The notes under the pieces are model-generated. The model did no database searches. It was given only the letters and a program-made list of their open reading frames with translations, and was not told the DNA's origin. A stretch of DNA of 64,000 nt, taken from the NCBI GenBank assembly GCA_030141605.1, contig JAQGDQ010000112.1:372001-436000 (forward strand), read 5' to 3'. Source of the stretch: Tubiluchus corallicola (lineage: Eukaryota > Animalia > Priapulida). The position numbers and the translations under genes are program-made. Below, in pieces: positions 1 to 13,900 of the stretch (positions are counted from its first letter, which is position 1; each line of letters opens with the position of its first letter).

Positions 1-1145
1 TGTCCTGTTGTGGCTACACTTCTTCTCTCCTCCTTTTTTCATCTTCGAAATAGTGTGTTTCGTTGTGGATGGTCCAAAACCAGTTTGACTGTAGCTAGGT
101 TTAGTTATCGAATGATTGACTTTGACTCCTGTTTGCTTGAAATTGGATTTTATTTGGACTTTGTAGGAACAAACACGGCATCCTTATGGTCGTTTGCCAA
201 CTGTGAGTCCACTGAAAAGAACTTGATGTGGTAACCTAATGTTCTGAATTCTGATGACGTTTCCTGACCAATAAAGACAGTGTATCTTGATAGTGGGCTC
301 GATGCTCTGGATATTTATCCATCGACAACACTGATGTTGGTGACGTCTTAGTTAGATTTAATGTTCTTGATGGAGCGAAGTATTCGCTGATATGGAACAG
401 TTCGAGCTTTTTTTTCTAAGATGCTATGATAACAGACAGTACAAATTTTTGAGTTTCTCTTTTGTGTGTAGATCTTTGCTCTTAAAACTCGTTTTGTGAG
501 TTTCTCAATATCCTATGAGCGGCTTCAATTTGATACTCCATGCCTTTTTCGGAAGTGGATTTGAACAGTGCAGCTGAGCAGGTCTCCTTTATTTGGAAAG
601 CACATGGTTCATCCTGGAAGCGGGTTGACGAAATGCTTGTCCCAATAAAACATGTTTCGTGCAATTAGTTTTCGGTGCATTGATTAATTACTTTTTGCCT
701 GCCTGGGCTTCTATAAAATATTTATCACGTTCAACGCGAATTATGTTCATTTTACACTTTGCCATATTGGCTTTACACATTATATAGTATTTGATGCTAG
801 ATAACGTACAAAACGTCGAGCTCTAGGAAGAGTGGGAAAGTGTCGTTGTAAAAAAATTCATTTCATACTTTTCTTAAAATGCTATAGGTGAAATGCCTTA
901 AGAATTTCATAAAATGTCTTTCAATAAAATAAATTTTGCACAGCGCTGTAACATATTCATTTATTAATATTTCGATACGAAACGTACTTTACGTAAAAAA
1001 GCAAAGGAACGAATATATTAAAATAACTCTGGATTGAACTAAAACTCAGAAATATCCCTGTTTATGTCTGATTATAATTCATTAAACACTTTAATCAAAA
1101 CAAAATTATTTTCGGAATTACTATCTAATTACAATCACATCTTAG

Positions 1146-2006
1146 AATGTGTGGATTTTCACCCTGCTTGTTTTGGATGGGCTGCAGAGGGAGAATGCAA
1201 TTCGAATCCAAACTACATGTACTACGTGTGCAGAAAGAGTTGTAGAATTTGCACTGATAGTGAAATTATGAGATGTGAGTATTGTTTTTTATTAGTGTTT
1301 TTAAATGTTATTGCAGTAAACAACAAAATAAAAAAAATTCTAAATAGGAGCGTAGAATTGATGATACGCCTCCAATGATGATCAGTTAAATGCACCTTAA
1401 CTTATACATACCACAAATTTACGTAACACTTATAATGACAAACACTAACATTCTGCAAAATCAAAATAATAGAAGTTGTATTTAAAATTACGATAAATAT
1501 TATATAATCTGCTCACACAGACATTAAAGGAGCATCATACCAATCTGGTGAGATTTTGCAGTAGAAAACAACGTATGATGAGGTGACGGCAAGTTTCATT
1601 AAGTCTCTCCGCAGTTCAGATAATTTTCATAATTTTCCCCTGTAAGGGCGGACCGTTTGAAAAACAAACAACACTTTAAAATTTGGTTTTTCGAGATCTG
1701 ACCAGATATGAAATACCATCACACCAGTACGACAACATACACACTAATTCAGAATTCATATATCCACGGCCATATTAATTAAATCATAGTTTTTTTCATT
1801 TTTTGTGCATAGTTGTAAATATGTTTGATTTTATTCGTCGTTACTTTCCATTACTGCACAGTAGTTTAGATTGCACTGACACATTTGCCTTTAGCAGTGT
1901 AAGTTTTTATTAACTAACACTGATTGATCATCTCTGTAAAATTTTTATCAGTGATTATCAATGTATTTTAATGGCAAATAAACATTATTATATATTATAT
2001 TATTAT

Positions 2007-2043
<37 letters not shown>

Positions 2044-3249
2044 ATTAGTGGCATATCTGTTTCTTTTACGATCTCTGGCACTTTGAATATTTTTTAAAAT
2101 ATCAAATTGGGCGGTAAGCTCAGGTATTATTGAAAGGCAAGATCCTGTGAAGAAAATTGTAAGATCATGAATTTGTGTTATTTGTGTTTCAGTCTAGCTG
2201 AAAATGTAGGCTTAACCTAACTCAACATACTTGCGCGCGGTTTAAAAAATAATTCAAAGTCTGCACTTTTCAGTAGATTGTCAAGTTGTACAGCTTATAA
2301 TTTTCTATCTGCAAGGATTAGTACTACTATAAACTTTTGGGCAAAAGATTGAAACATCGCATTAACCAGATTAATGTAAGGTAATTAATGTTCAATAATG
2401 TAAGAGCGTGTTATGGACACTACACTGTTTAGTGTTGCTACATAAAGAATTGCACAGCAGTCTGCAAGTAACAGTGAATTGTAAACAGTTCTGGAACTAT
2501 GTGCCTAAAATTCTGTTGCCGTACTTGGTGTTCGAAATTTGCTACACCCCGTAGTTGTCAGATCTATGCACCAAAATAAACTTCAAAACGTCCAACATAG
2601 CAGTTTAGTTTACAGCAGCACCTTTAATCTTTGTACATTGATTTCTCGCAATATAGAAAACTTGGCATCACTACACAGAGGCACTAATTTACAATCAATA
2701 TAAAAAATTTACGGTTTTTGAAAAATTTACCTGACCAAAGATTCTTATCAGGAACTTTGAGAAGCTAATTTATACTGCTGCACTAACAGCAGCATTCCCT
2801 GATTTAAGATAGCTGCCACTCTTAGCTCTTCGGGCAGTACCTTATCGCCTCCACACTTCTCTGAATAACTGGGTGGAGTCATTGGGGTTTAAGTAAAGTC
2901 GGTCTGTCATGTGCATATTTAATACTTTTACAAATAATGGAGGATTTCAGTATAAAGCCTTGCAGCTTTGAAACCTGACATGTGTTACTTAGTAGCCACC
3001 TCTATTTTTATGCATGTAGAGTATATTGACTTTAGCAAAGCTTCACCCACAACAGCCCTGAGTAAAGTTACATTATGTTCCTAACTAAGGTTGTATTCTC
3101 GTTTTTATTTGAAAAAAGCTCCTTGCCAAGATAATTCGTGGAGATGCGCAGACTTGGCCGAGGAGGGTGAGTGTGAGAAAAACCCAGAGTTCATGCTTCA
3201 GGAGTGCCCACTGAGTTGCAATACTTGTCAACCAAGAAATAGTGAGTAT

Positions 3250-3297
<48 letters not shown>

Positions 3298-3523
3298 CCC
3301 ACTTCCTCTCGCTCCACTTCATGCTCTCCCATCTCTTCTTACCACCTCCAGATAAGTGAAAATAATAAACATGCCATCTATTTTTATTTCAGTGTGCTTT
3401 GACAGCATCGTTTCCTGTCCAGTGTTGGCGAAAACAGAGGACTGTAATGATGAGCTGATGTACACTCGTTGTCCACATTCCTGCCACCTGTGTACAGATT
3501 ACGAAAATGAAACGCCTAGTTAG
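1146..3523 (+). CDS. ShKT (ShK toxin-like) domain repeat protein, 3' part; 5' exons lie outside the window or are not recognisable
   Basis: Three exons each encode one six-Cys ShKT domain: 1146-1274 (ECVDFHPACFGWAAEGECNSNPNYMYYVCRKSCRIC), 3119-3241 (CQDNSWRCADLAEEGECEKNPEFMLQECPLSCNTC) and 3393-3518/3523 (CFDSIVSCPVLAKTEDCNDELMYTRCPHSCHLC). AG acceptors, GTGAGT donors at 1275 and 3242, phase-1 junctions. In-frame TAG at 3521-3523. Confidence 0.85.
1984..2040. repeat. (TA)n/(TAT)n microsatellite
   Basis: Run of attatat/tatata visible directly. Confidence 0.9.
3252..3292. repeat. (CT)n microsatellite in the short ShKT intron
   Basis: About 20 CT units just after the GTGAGT donor at 3242; gives the SLSLSL artefact in ORF 3091..3402. 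Confidence 0.95.
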
Positions 3524-4605
3524 GTAATTATAGCCAAGTAATGCACACGAACCTGCAGTAATTGCCGTTAAGATGTAGTTGGAATGTCATGTTTGATTTT
3601 ATGGCATAGTTTTTTATGCTAAAATGGGGCGAAAGGACACTTCTGTGGAGTCTTCAGGGGCAGCTGTATGTAAATTGTAAAAGTAATTTAGTTTTAAGGG
3701 ATCAGCATAAGTGCTAAAATGCCTGTTGGCTCTCTCCCTGTCACAGTGTAATTATTTTTCATATTTTGATTTTGCTTGTACGCTTTTAAAACATTTGAAA
3801 CTCAATTAAATTAAAAACAACGTTCTGTCCTTTAATTTTGAATAACTCAATGCGTCGGTAGGTGGCACTAGTTTGTTGTGATTATTCTGAAGCCTCTCAC
3901 TGTTATTTTATTGCACTGAAGAAACTTAAGGTTCATGTCAGAGCATCTGCTTGTTGGTCATTACGCTGGTTTCAAAACAGACGTAATAAATTGCGGGATG
4001 ATAAATTACTTGTACTTAGGGAATTTTATGAATTATTCTTGATCGACGGTGATATTACTGATTTCCATTAAGATAGAAAAGTTGAACAACACCCAAACGG
4101 ATTAATCGGCAAAAGCATGGAGAAAAATGATGCCACTGGCACAAAACTTGAGGTCAATAACATTGATATGGTATAGTCTCGCTACATGCCCTACGTTCGC
4201 AGTACGCATAAAGGCAAGAGACAACAGATTTCAGTTTCTGATGGATGGTTAGTTTTACTGGCGTTTAGATGGGTAAATGATTTCTTCGATTTCTGGCTGA
4301 CATACTACAAGCGTCTACAATAGTCTAACAAGAGAATGGAACCTTTTCTGTCTAAGATTAGACGAAAAATATTGGGTCCAACCTTTATTGTTTAATATTA
4401 TTGGTAATGTGAAAGTTATTGTCACATTTTTGTAAATATAGTGCCACTTAAAATGCTCTTTTTTCCAAAGTGTAATAACATTTAGTATGGTGAATAAAAG
4501 TATGTGCTATGATAATATTTCTTTGTATTTCAAAATCTCGATATCGTTTTAATTAATCACGTTTTACACAAATCAGTGAAATTAATAATAAATATTATTA
4601 TTATT

Positions 4606-4635
4606 AATGATAATAATGATAATAATAATAATAAC

Positions 4636-4691
<56 letters not shown>

Positions 4692-4709
4692 CAATAATTA
4701 TAATAATAA
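4606..4709. repeat. (AAT)n microsatellite
   Basis: Long aataataat run; gives the poly-Asn artefact ORF 4576..4791. Confidence 0.95.
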
Positions 4710-6769
4710 AATTGCTATTATTGTTAAAAATATCTATAAAAATTATACAAAATTGAATGGTAAACTACGCATTCAAAAAGTGATGGTATAATCAGTGTTT
4801 CCGTTGTTGTGAACAATAAAATAAAGTGAGTTTACAATTAAAAACACAAGTAAACGCTACCAATAAATAGGTGTGATTTTAAATTATTGACTAGTTCTTT
4901 TTGAATGTTAGTTAAGTATTACCTATAACTATATATAATATTTTTAGCTCATTTTTGAATTGTTTCAGCGTCTATTCCAGCCGAAATGTTATCCGTGAAT
5001 AATTATAAATTTTTAGAGTCGAGAAGACGTTCAGTAAGAATCACAGCACACTACAAGAGCACTATGCTTTGCTCAGTGTGATTTCATGTTCCTCGTCTTC
5101 ACCTGTGACTATGCTATCAAGCCACCAAATCATTTGTGCTTTAGTTATTAACCGGTTATTTGTTGCTTGCACTATTACATTTTCCGGAACTTGTAAACCT
5201 TTAAACCCTGTAAAATTGTCTGTATGGTGTTAATGAAATAGCAACTTTTTAAAGTAACAATTTATTTTTTTCAAGAGTTAAAACCAGCTGTTAATTTAAA
5301 TATAGTTTATTTAGTTTAGACAGTATTTTAAAACTGATACATGAATCCTCACCGCACATGTGTATGTACAGGTAGATGGGCAGATAAAATAATATAAACA
5401 CAAACAAACACAGAGACAGATAGATGCAAAGTTAGTAGATGTGACACGATGAATAAAATAAATAACTAAATAATAAGCAATAAATTTTGCTGAGTGTCTT
5501 TACCGTAAATACATAAGAGTATTTATCAAAATGACGTGATCAAAAGGGTTTCTTCTTTATTACATGTCAGGTAAAAAGAGCTGTGCTGCAGGAACTCTCA
5601 TATATTTGACAGATTATTTGTACCATATCTGGATGATGGCAATTAATGGATCCTGCAATATCTGACATAATAATATTGTTAACCACGTGTTGTTCTTCTA
5701 TTAAGCATGTGTTCTAAAGCTCTTCAGAAATACATGTACATTAATAATAAATGGCAACAAAAAACTAGAATAATATATATGGGAGAGAAAACAAAGATGT
5801 TTAAGTTTGATGCCAGCCTATAAATTCATTAACGCAAGTTTGATCAAACACACACCAACTTCACTCGAATCGCATGACACCAATCACGGAATTTGCAAGA
5901 ATCTCTTGGGATAGAGCCCGCATATCAGCGCAATCAACTGAAAGCATGCAGATGTGACGCACTTTTTGACAGTTGTCCTCAAGGCTATTACACTAATCAA
6001 TACTAGCCTGAAGACTTGAGCCACTGTGTAAACGCAGCTCCCGTAACACAAAGAGAAAAGATTATTTTATTGACGTCCCAATATACTTGTATGTAGAAAG
6101 CAACAACCATACGCGCGTGTCTGAATAAGAGATACACCGGCAAAAAGATAAACTGAACATGATTTGTTGAAACTTGTGTGCTGAGGCTTGATACTTTCTT
6201 GGGTAAATAAACTACTGTGATAATATAGCACGTATGAAATTGTGATGTGAGATATTATGAGGTGTTGTTGTTCTTGAACTGATGTTATAATGCTACATAC
6301 ATTTGATTTTGCTAAAAGTTTTTAACATGCACCTAAATTGTACTTGACGTCGCTGATGTAGCATTAAAGAACATGCCTTGTTGTGGACTAACTTCTTCTA
6401 TCTACCCTGCAATTTGTAATGTTATTGTTTTGTTGCACAATAAGTTATATACATACACAAATCTATAAGGTGGGGCCTAAAACCCAATATACTGGTACAC
6501 GTGTCTCGTAGTAGTAGGGCCTATAAGCCCTTGAATAATAATTGTGCAGCCTGTAAGGTGGTACTGACTGGAACATGCGGTACCATATTTGCTGTTTCAT
6601 CCATATGAATAACTGACTCAGTAAAGAAACTGAAGTTGTAAACGGCAAACTAGAATTCATGCACAACAAAGTAGTCATGGCAATGATTAGTAACCCTGCC
6701 AATGATTTGTAGGGTAGCCTACAAAAAAATTAATGTATTATCATCTGTTAATGAACTCAAATTATGAAA

Positions 6770-7300
6770 GAATGGCAAAACAAGTTCTAAAAGTGCAAAT
6801 AAATAATAACTTTAATAAATGTTGGTGTTCAGAAATCAAACACATCGTGAGTAAATAGAATATTGATATAAATACAGTTTATATAAATGTAATAACCAAA
6901 TCTAGATGGAAAAAGTATGTAAAGAATGAAATTCATTTACTTATAGAAAGAGAGCCTAATACTAAAATAGAAACTATGACAAAATAAGGATTTTTTAAAA
7001 AAAGAACTTTCCAAAAATAAATGTATGTCGAAAAATGTAGGTTAGACGAAATGAAAGATATTATGTCAATTAGACTTAATATGATAGATGTTAAAGCAAA
7101 TTTCAAAAATCTATATAAAGGGGATCTTAAATGTTCTTTATGCCAGGTAGCAGGGGATACTACTGAGCATCTTTTTGAATGTAAAGCTGTGTATATCAGC
7201 AAGTTGGGCCTATCTGCACAAGATATAAGTGAATGGAACATAAATAAATTACTACCGACTAGGATGTATATTAACAAGCTATTGAAACTAAAAATATAAT
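6770..7300 (+). mobile_element. 3' fragment of a non-LTR retrotransposon ORF2 (C-terminal Cys/His zinc-finger region), degenerate
   Basis: Translation contains ...KSRWKKYVKNEI... interrupted by stops, then IRLNMIDVKANFKNLYKGDLKCSLCQVAGDTTEHLFEC, a CxxC...TxxH..C motif typical of LINE ORF2 C-termini. Confidence 0.75.
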
Positions 7301-7496
7301 TAAAGGCGAGTGAACAGTAAAGGCAAATTGATGTAAAAGATATTTGGTGCGATTTGTAAAACAAGTTGATCGTGTTGTTGATCTCACAAACAGACACTTT
7401 TTATTGATGTCTGTTTGCTCGCTACTGGTGGTGAAGAGGATGGAGCGTATCCACGGTATGGCAAGGGCATATGGCCCTAATCTATTTCGTCACCCC

Positions 7497-8377
7497 TGTT
7501 GGGAGCCGTTTGGACCACTGCGCCAAGTAGACCACTTGATGCGCTAAAAGTAGTGTCCTACATGGGCAGCCCAAGTAGGACACTAGCGATTTTTGTCGAG
7601 AAACATGCTCTGGCAAAACTTGTTTCCAGTTTATATTACCATTGTTTATAAGTATTGTTATGACATAATAAAGCATAAAACAAAATTTCTTTTAGAAATG
7701 GATATTCCTTGGCAATTTACAAATGCATTTCTTACAGTAATTTCATCATTATGATTAACTCCATTAATATATCATAACATTAAACCTAGTATCTAATGCT
7801 TTAAAGAGAGAAATTCTGCACACAGTTATTACAGAAATAATTGCAAATTTAAAAATGAGACAGATGCTGCTAAGCCTTCACAACACCAAAAAGTAATTTT
7901 TAACATTTAAGAAAAGCAAGGATAATTAGTTTTAATATTATCAGTAGCATTGTAACATGTAGGACACATAGATCGCTAGAACGTTTACTTATAAGAAAAC
8001 AATTATTTGCCCAAGAGGTAGTGAAACGGATCACCTGTTTGTGAAGTGAGACAAAATCAAAAATGATATACCTTAAACAAATGTTGAATTCGCAAAAAAG
8101 TGGGGTTTTTTCACTTCAACAACATTAATATCGAAACCAAATTTAATATTGTCCGTTCTACCAGCTCAGAATAAAATTCTTTTATTTTATTAAATGTATA
8201 ATAAATTATTCAACGTGTATTAACGTTTTTAATTATTATTATTACATAAACAAGCACAACGGACGGTGTCAGTACACTTAACGACTGAATTCACGACCTG
8301 TCTCTAGTGTCCTACTTGGGCTAGCCCAAGTAGACCAATTGGTCTACTTGGCGCAGTGGTCCAAACGGCTCCCAACA
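7497..8377. mobile_element. Non-autonomous TIR element (MITE) with TGT...ACA ends and 5-bp TSD, Ginger-like
   Basis: 38-bp perfect TIR TGTTGGGAGCCGTTTGGACCACTGCGCCAAGTAGACCA at 7497 and inverted ending at 8377. ACCCC duplicated at 7492-7496 and 8378-8382. AT-rich non-coding interior. Confidence 0.85.
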
Positions 8378-8510
8378 ACCCCATTTATAGACAATTAGAC
8401 ATAGATATTAGGTTAGCCATCCGAAAATGTTGTAAAAGATTGCGGGCATTGTATGTAGTCAGGTAACCCGCACATATCGAAAGTGGTGCTGATAAGCCAC
8501 TGGCGTAGCA

Positions 8511-8630
8511 GTGTCTAGTTTCTTGCTGGATTACTGCTGCGTTTTCCTGTCTAAGGCAGATTTCTTTTATTTTAGAATTCTGCCTGCCCAATGACTACAA
8601 TAGACGTGACGGGCGTATGATGATGATGAT
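8511..8630 (+). repeat. Short dispersed repeat ending in an (ATG)n tail (SINE/LINE 3' end); second copy at about 10231-10340
   Basis: Both copies share tgtctagttt..tgctggattactg...acaataga...tatgatgatgatgat. Confidence 0.55.
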
Positions 8631-8884
8631 GAGATATTTTCTGTGATTAATTAACTAGAATCTTGATTCCTTTGTATAAACCTGGAAAACCTAGAGAGCC
8701 CTTCTTGAATTTTTAATCTACGACCTCTGGTATAATTATTAGGTTTAATTAGAAAGATCACAGCTATTCGTTTGCTGAATTTAATTTTCTCTAAGTTACC
8801 AACCTGGTCGTAGCACTTCTGAACTTATTCATACTTCAAATTATTAGCGGAAAAAGGCATTTTGTCCAGTGACTAATCTGTGCA

Positions 8885-9850
8885 CTTACTTCTTATGAAT
8901 ATGTCAAAAGCTTTTCACACAATTAAAAGAAGTGCACTTTATTTGCATATTGCTGCAAAATCTTACTATCCAAGTCCGATATGAATGAAGGATAAGCATG
9001 CCATTCTGTTCTAACATCAGTGTATCTCAGGAGACTGATTTAGTCCTGTCATTTTCACTGTTTATCTTGCTGCAGACCAGATACACTAGTTGAACATAAT
9101 TAGGCTGCATTTGGAAGACCTTCATTTTTATTTCCATGCAATATGCAGATGATATTGCATACAATACAGCTAATTAATATAAAAGAACTGCAAGATGCAA
9201 AATGTAAAATCAGCTGCCGTTTAGAAAAACATAAACTTAAGGTCAATAATTAGTCACCGAAGCCGACATCCAAAGAAGGAAAATTCTTGCATCTATTGTC
9301 TGCTTATTCAGATCTCACAACAGTTTTTGAAAACAATAGACTTTCTTTTGAAACCAAAGTCCAGATCCGTTCAACTTTAGTTGAAGCTGTGTTTTTGTAC
9401 AATACTGACCTACGTACAATAAAAGTTGTACATGTACGAAGAAAATTGACGCTTTTCAAAGACGTCTCGATAGGAAATTACTAGGAATTAAATGGCCAGT
9501 TTAGAGTAAACAATTACAAGTAAGAAGATTTTATCAGATTGGGCATGCAATAATATTAGCTCAAGAATTTCCTCTTCCGTAAAACTCTTGAAACGATAAA
9601 AGAGCTGAGGGAAGGTTAGTTACTGACGTATATAGATATACTGCAAAAAATTTAGCAAATGTAACTCTAGATTTGAGGGTTAATGCATCATGGAAGGTGG
9701 CATCAACAAGTTGGACGTGCCATTTTTTAGAACGTTGTCGACGACGACTGCAACTAGATGACAATGACAGCCTCAGATAATGGCATTATTAGCATGCTTA
9801 AAATTATGAGAACAAGATTTCTTTGGAAAGAATAGTCTCAACCTTAGGCC
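8885..9850 (+). mobile_element. Fossil non-LTR reverse transcriptase (RTE-like), frameshifted
   Basis: RT motif remnants in order: LMNMSKAFHTIKR (DxxKAFD-like), VSQGD..SPVIFTVYL (PQG-like), MQYADDI (YADD at 9142-9153), LEKHKLKVN, TKVQI.STLVEAVFLYN. Several stops and frameshifts. Confidence 0.75.
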
Positions 9851-10949
9851 AACTCCATTTCTGTATAATCCTCAGCTCTGGACATTAATAACAAATTATA
9901 AATTGACATATTTCAAAGGAGAAACCTCTTGGGTGTCACTTAGCCAAAGAAAATCTCAAATAAATGTACTCTGCGTGAACCTTGGACAAGAAATATAAAA
10001 AGGTGCGGTTTAAGATGGATTGGGCCTATGCTTAGACTATCTGGAGATAGTCCAGTAAAGATATTGCTCTTCAACAAGCAATAGCCCAACGGGAGGACAG
10101 GAATTTTTAAACACTTCATCTCTGATCCTTAGAGATAGAAACTTGGTCCATTGCAGAGAGCAGGGAGTCTTGGTGCAAAGAGGTGAACAGAATCATGTCT
10201 CTGGGCGCATGATTCAACGGTAATGATGCCATGTCTAGTTTTTTGCTGGATTACTGTCTTGAGGTGAGATTTATTTTATTTTATTTATTTTGCCAAATGT
10301 GTACAATAGATATTATTGGCATATGATGATGATGATGATTAACGTAGAAAATGTCTATAAAGAAAATAGTGTACAGGCGTAAAGGGTATGGCATCATGAT
10401 GATGTTAAATTGTCAAAAAGCTGTTAGTGGAACATTTCTAATTTTCATCGTGGAGAGTAGCAAAAGAGTGTACCGTAAGCCGGCAAAAAACCAACGGTAT
10501 AACATATTTTTAGATGATTGATAAATGTTATAAATGTTAGTACTTAAGTCTTAATTGTTTGATCTTCTGTACATTATACTGTATTGTCATCTATTGAACA
10601 AGTGTTCCATAAAACTCCAAGATCATTATTAATTAAACAGCCCGTTTACACCACTTTTTGCTTCATTGGCGCTTGAGAATCAGTTGCGTTGCTGCTGCTG
10701 TTTCGTACTATGCCAGGTCTCCAGCCGGCATAAGCAGCCAGTTTGATACTAGATGTACCAATATTCAAGTGTAAAATACAAATAACTTGTGAATTACTTA
10801 TATGTAGTCTAAATTACTTAATTAATGCTTATATCAGGTAAATGTTTTTCCTGTGTGTGATATAGGCTCCGAGGCTTAAGACTGTCTTGTGTCTCCCTGA
10901 GTCATCCAGTGCTGTAAATAAGTAGCTTCCAAAGTCCAAGAGAAATGAC

Positions 10950-13900
10950 ATGGCAGAACATGGCTTAGACGCATCGAATTTGTGTAAATGCTTTAGTGGA
11001 CATACAGACATTAATAGCAAAGAAATCGGTCGGTTCAAGGGCAGTTTAGTCGGTGCTCTAGTTGGTGACTGTCTAGGAGCTCCATTTGAATTTAGTGCAA
11101 AGGCTTTTCCAATTAGTGAATTGAAAGACGGTGTGGAGGCATTTGTGTCATCTAAAAATGGTATATTGTTTAATTTGTTTTTAATTACTTAGGTTTATTT
11201 ACTTTATTTCTTCAACTTCTTCCAGCCTAGCTTATTAAAAACAATTTTCTGAAGGTTTTTTTACAAACATTACTCAGTCTGATCAGAAGCATACCCACAG
11301 TGAAAAAAAGTGAATTCTAATTCTGGTTCAATCCCTTTTAAATTGTCAATGCATATGACTGTGAAACGGCTATAATCTAGCCTTTTAGTAGCTGCACAAA
11401 ATCATTGCCAACATTATTCACCTATAGTTTCACTAGCACAGCTTTCCTGCCTTTTCCTCAAAGAGCATTTTTACTATGACAGAGTTCTCTGATCTCCTTT
11501 CATTCCTGTCTTACTGACGTACATTCTGATGTACATGTACAGATCTTTTCTTGTTCTAGTGGTGCAGACCACATCTTTAAGTGAGCACAGATTAATCACA
11601 ATCACACTATGGTGTACAGGGTGTAGCATAAATTTTTGCTAAGGGTGCAAAAACAACGAGTAATAGCAAAAAACAATTAATGTGTTGCTTCAAAGTATGG
11701 CTTAATCAATTGAGCACCTATCAATGATTTAACTGGGTTGCCCCCAAATGATAAAGTTTACATCATCAATGAATTTTCATGAGGAAAGTTTGTGGGACAT
11801 CTACAAGATTGTGTTTTACACTCTTCTGTTCGACCTGGACTCTTTGAGCCTGCGGTCACACCCCTCAAGATTGCAGGCTATGTGAGATGAGAGCATGCTA
11901 GATTCTCAACTGATTGAGCAATACTTTGGTGTAATAATTTGTTCTGTACTATTACTTGTGGGTGGTTTTTTAACCAAAACAAAAGGTTATGTTACATCCT
12001 CTACTTTTCAGCTTTAGCCAAACTAACAACCTTAGTTCCTAGTCTTTCCTGTGCTGTTATCCATGAAATCCATGTGGAACATGACTCTTGTTTCGTGATG
12101 CTAGAAATTATTCAAATAAATGCAAAATTCTCTTAGTGCAAAACTGAAATGTGCATAATCTGTGCACAGTTCAACTTTCAATCAGTGCGCTTAGGCTCAA
12201 TGCTATTCGTCACATACATTTTTGCTTTTTGTCTTCCCAATCCAACTCCTGGGGTTGTTAATGACCATTCTGGTTTGTTTCCTACACAGCTAGTTTCACA
12301 ACTTCTTTGTCTCCCGCCTGTGCCCATATACCATTTTTCCATCACCGGACTCATTTAGATCTTCTTAGTCTTCTCCTTGTCTTCGAGACATATAGGCGAA
12401 TTCTTTCGTATCACTTAACCTTCTCCCTCCCCAGGCCTGCCCTTCCTTTAGTTCCTTGGTTTTCTGTTTCTCCTTTTGATTTCTTGCTTTTTAGCTTTGT
12501 TTTTGTCTCACGATGACATGCTTCCATTGAGTTATAAGAATCTGTTACTTTCTTCTAACTGTTACAGTTTTCTAAAAAAAATTCTGCTTACTGACTGTGA
12601 ACTTTTGGAAAGATTATAATTCCATCTTGTCCATATTACTAATACAAACTATCTATATTTCTGTTTGCTTGACAAAGGAAGTGCTTGCTATACAGACGAT
12701 ACTGCAATGACAAGATCTGTAGCCAAATCACTTATTGAAAATAAGGGATTTAATGCAAAAGACATGGCAAACAGGTAATCTAAAAGGCCTAATGTTTTAC
12801 GTAATTATGCTTTAGCTTTCTTCAACTCACATTTCTCAGGACAGACGAACTTGTGAGTTAACTGAAATATGAGTTATATGAATTATGAATATTTCCTGCA
12901 GACTGAAAATCTTTGTTGTATTTATGTCCTGGCTTCCATTAGAACACAATGTGTATATACCTACTGCTGTGCAAAAACAGAGAGCAAAAGTTACAATTTT
13001 AATGAAATTTTAATTTTGATGTATTCTTACCAAACAGAAGGTGCTCTACTTGCTAATGTAATTTTATTTTGAGTTAAGCAACAGTTTTCATGCAATAAGT
13101 AATATTCCGTGACAGAATTTGCAAAAACTGGACCCATTACAATTGTAATTAAGGTCAGTAACTGTCCAGGAATGCAGAAATAAAAACAGTAACTTTTCGT
13201 TTTTCCTGCAGACTAAATAGCATTTTTTTTTCGCATACATTTATTGCCTGTCTTCCATTAGAACACAAATTTAAATGCAGATTCTGCTGTTTGGCTTTGC
13301 GAGAAACTTACTTGAACCCCATTATCAAGCTAACAGGGTAAAGACAGTATCTGCCAAGGCAGTATGTTGTGTCCTTTTAATTTTGTTGATAAATGGACGG
13401 CTTGGCTTATGTTTCGGCAGAATAGCAGTCAAATATATAATAATATTGTGTGTAAAATTCTATCTTCATTAGTGGCATAACTATTTGGTGGCAACATTGC
13501 AAACCTAATTTCATTTTTCTCATTTTTATAATGGCAGCATACTGGAACTCATCAGTCAGAAACTGGCTTTAGTATCCAAGCCGTAGATACTGGTTGTTAC
13601 TTAATCGGGAAAAATGGCATAGGGAAAAATGGCACACAAAAAATGGCACAGGAGAAAATGGCACAAATGGAAAATTACTTAAAAATGGCACACTTAGTAA
13701 TATATGTCCTTTAGTGTTACAATGGGGTATAATTATTTTGGTTATTTTCACTCCTGCCAAGAACGTTATAGTTCGACACTGTTTGTTTGTTTAGTTGTTT
13801 TTTGTCTGTTATGGCAGTAAGCCTATCTAACAGATTTCCAAGATCCCAGAAAGTACACAATTTTTCAGTGTCTCCTTTCGCCAACTCATTACCCGCAATG

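Noticed and set aside
1-700. Somewhat GC-richer, coding-like segment with ORFs 10..234 and 482..664
   Set aside because: No recognisable motif and frames are broken by stops; possibly a decayed transposon, but I cannot support a family call.
4576-4791. Poly-Asn ORF
   Set aside because: Translation of an (AAT)n microsatellite.
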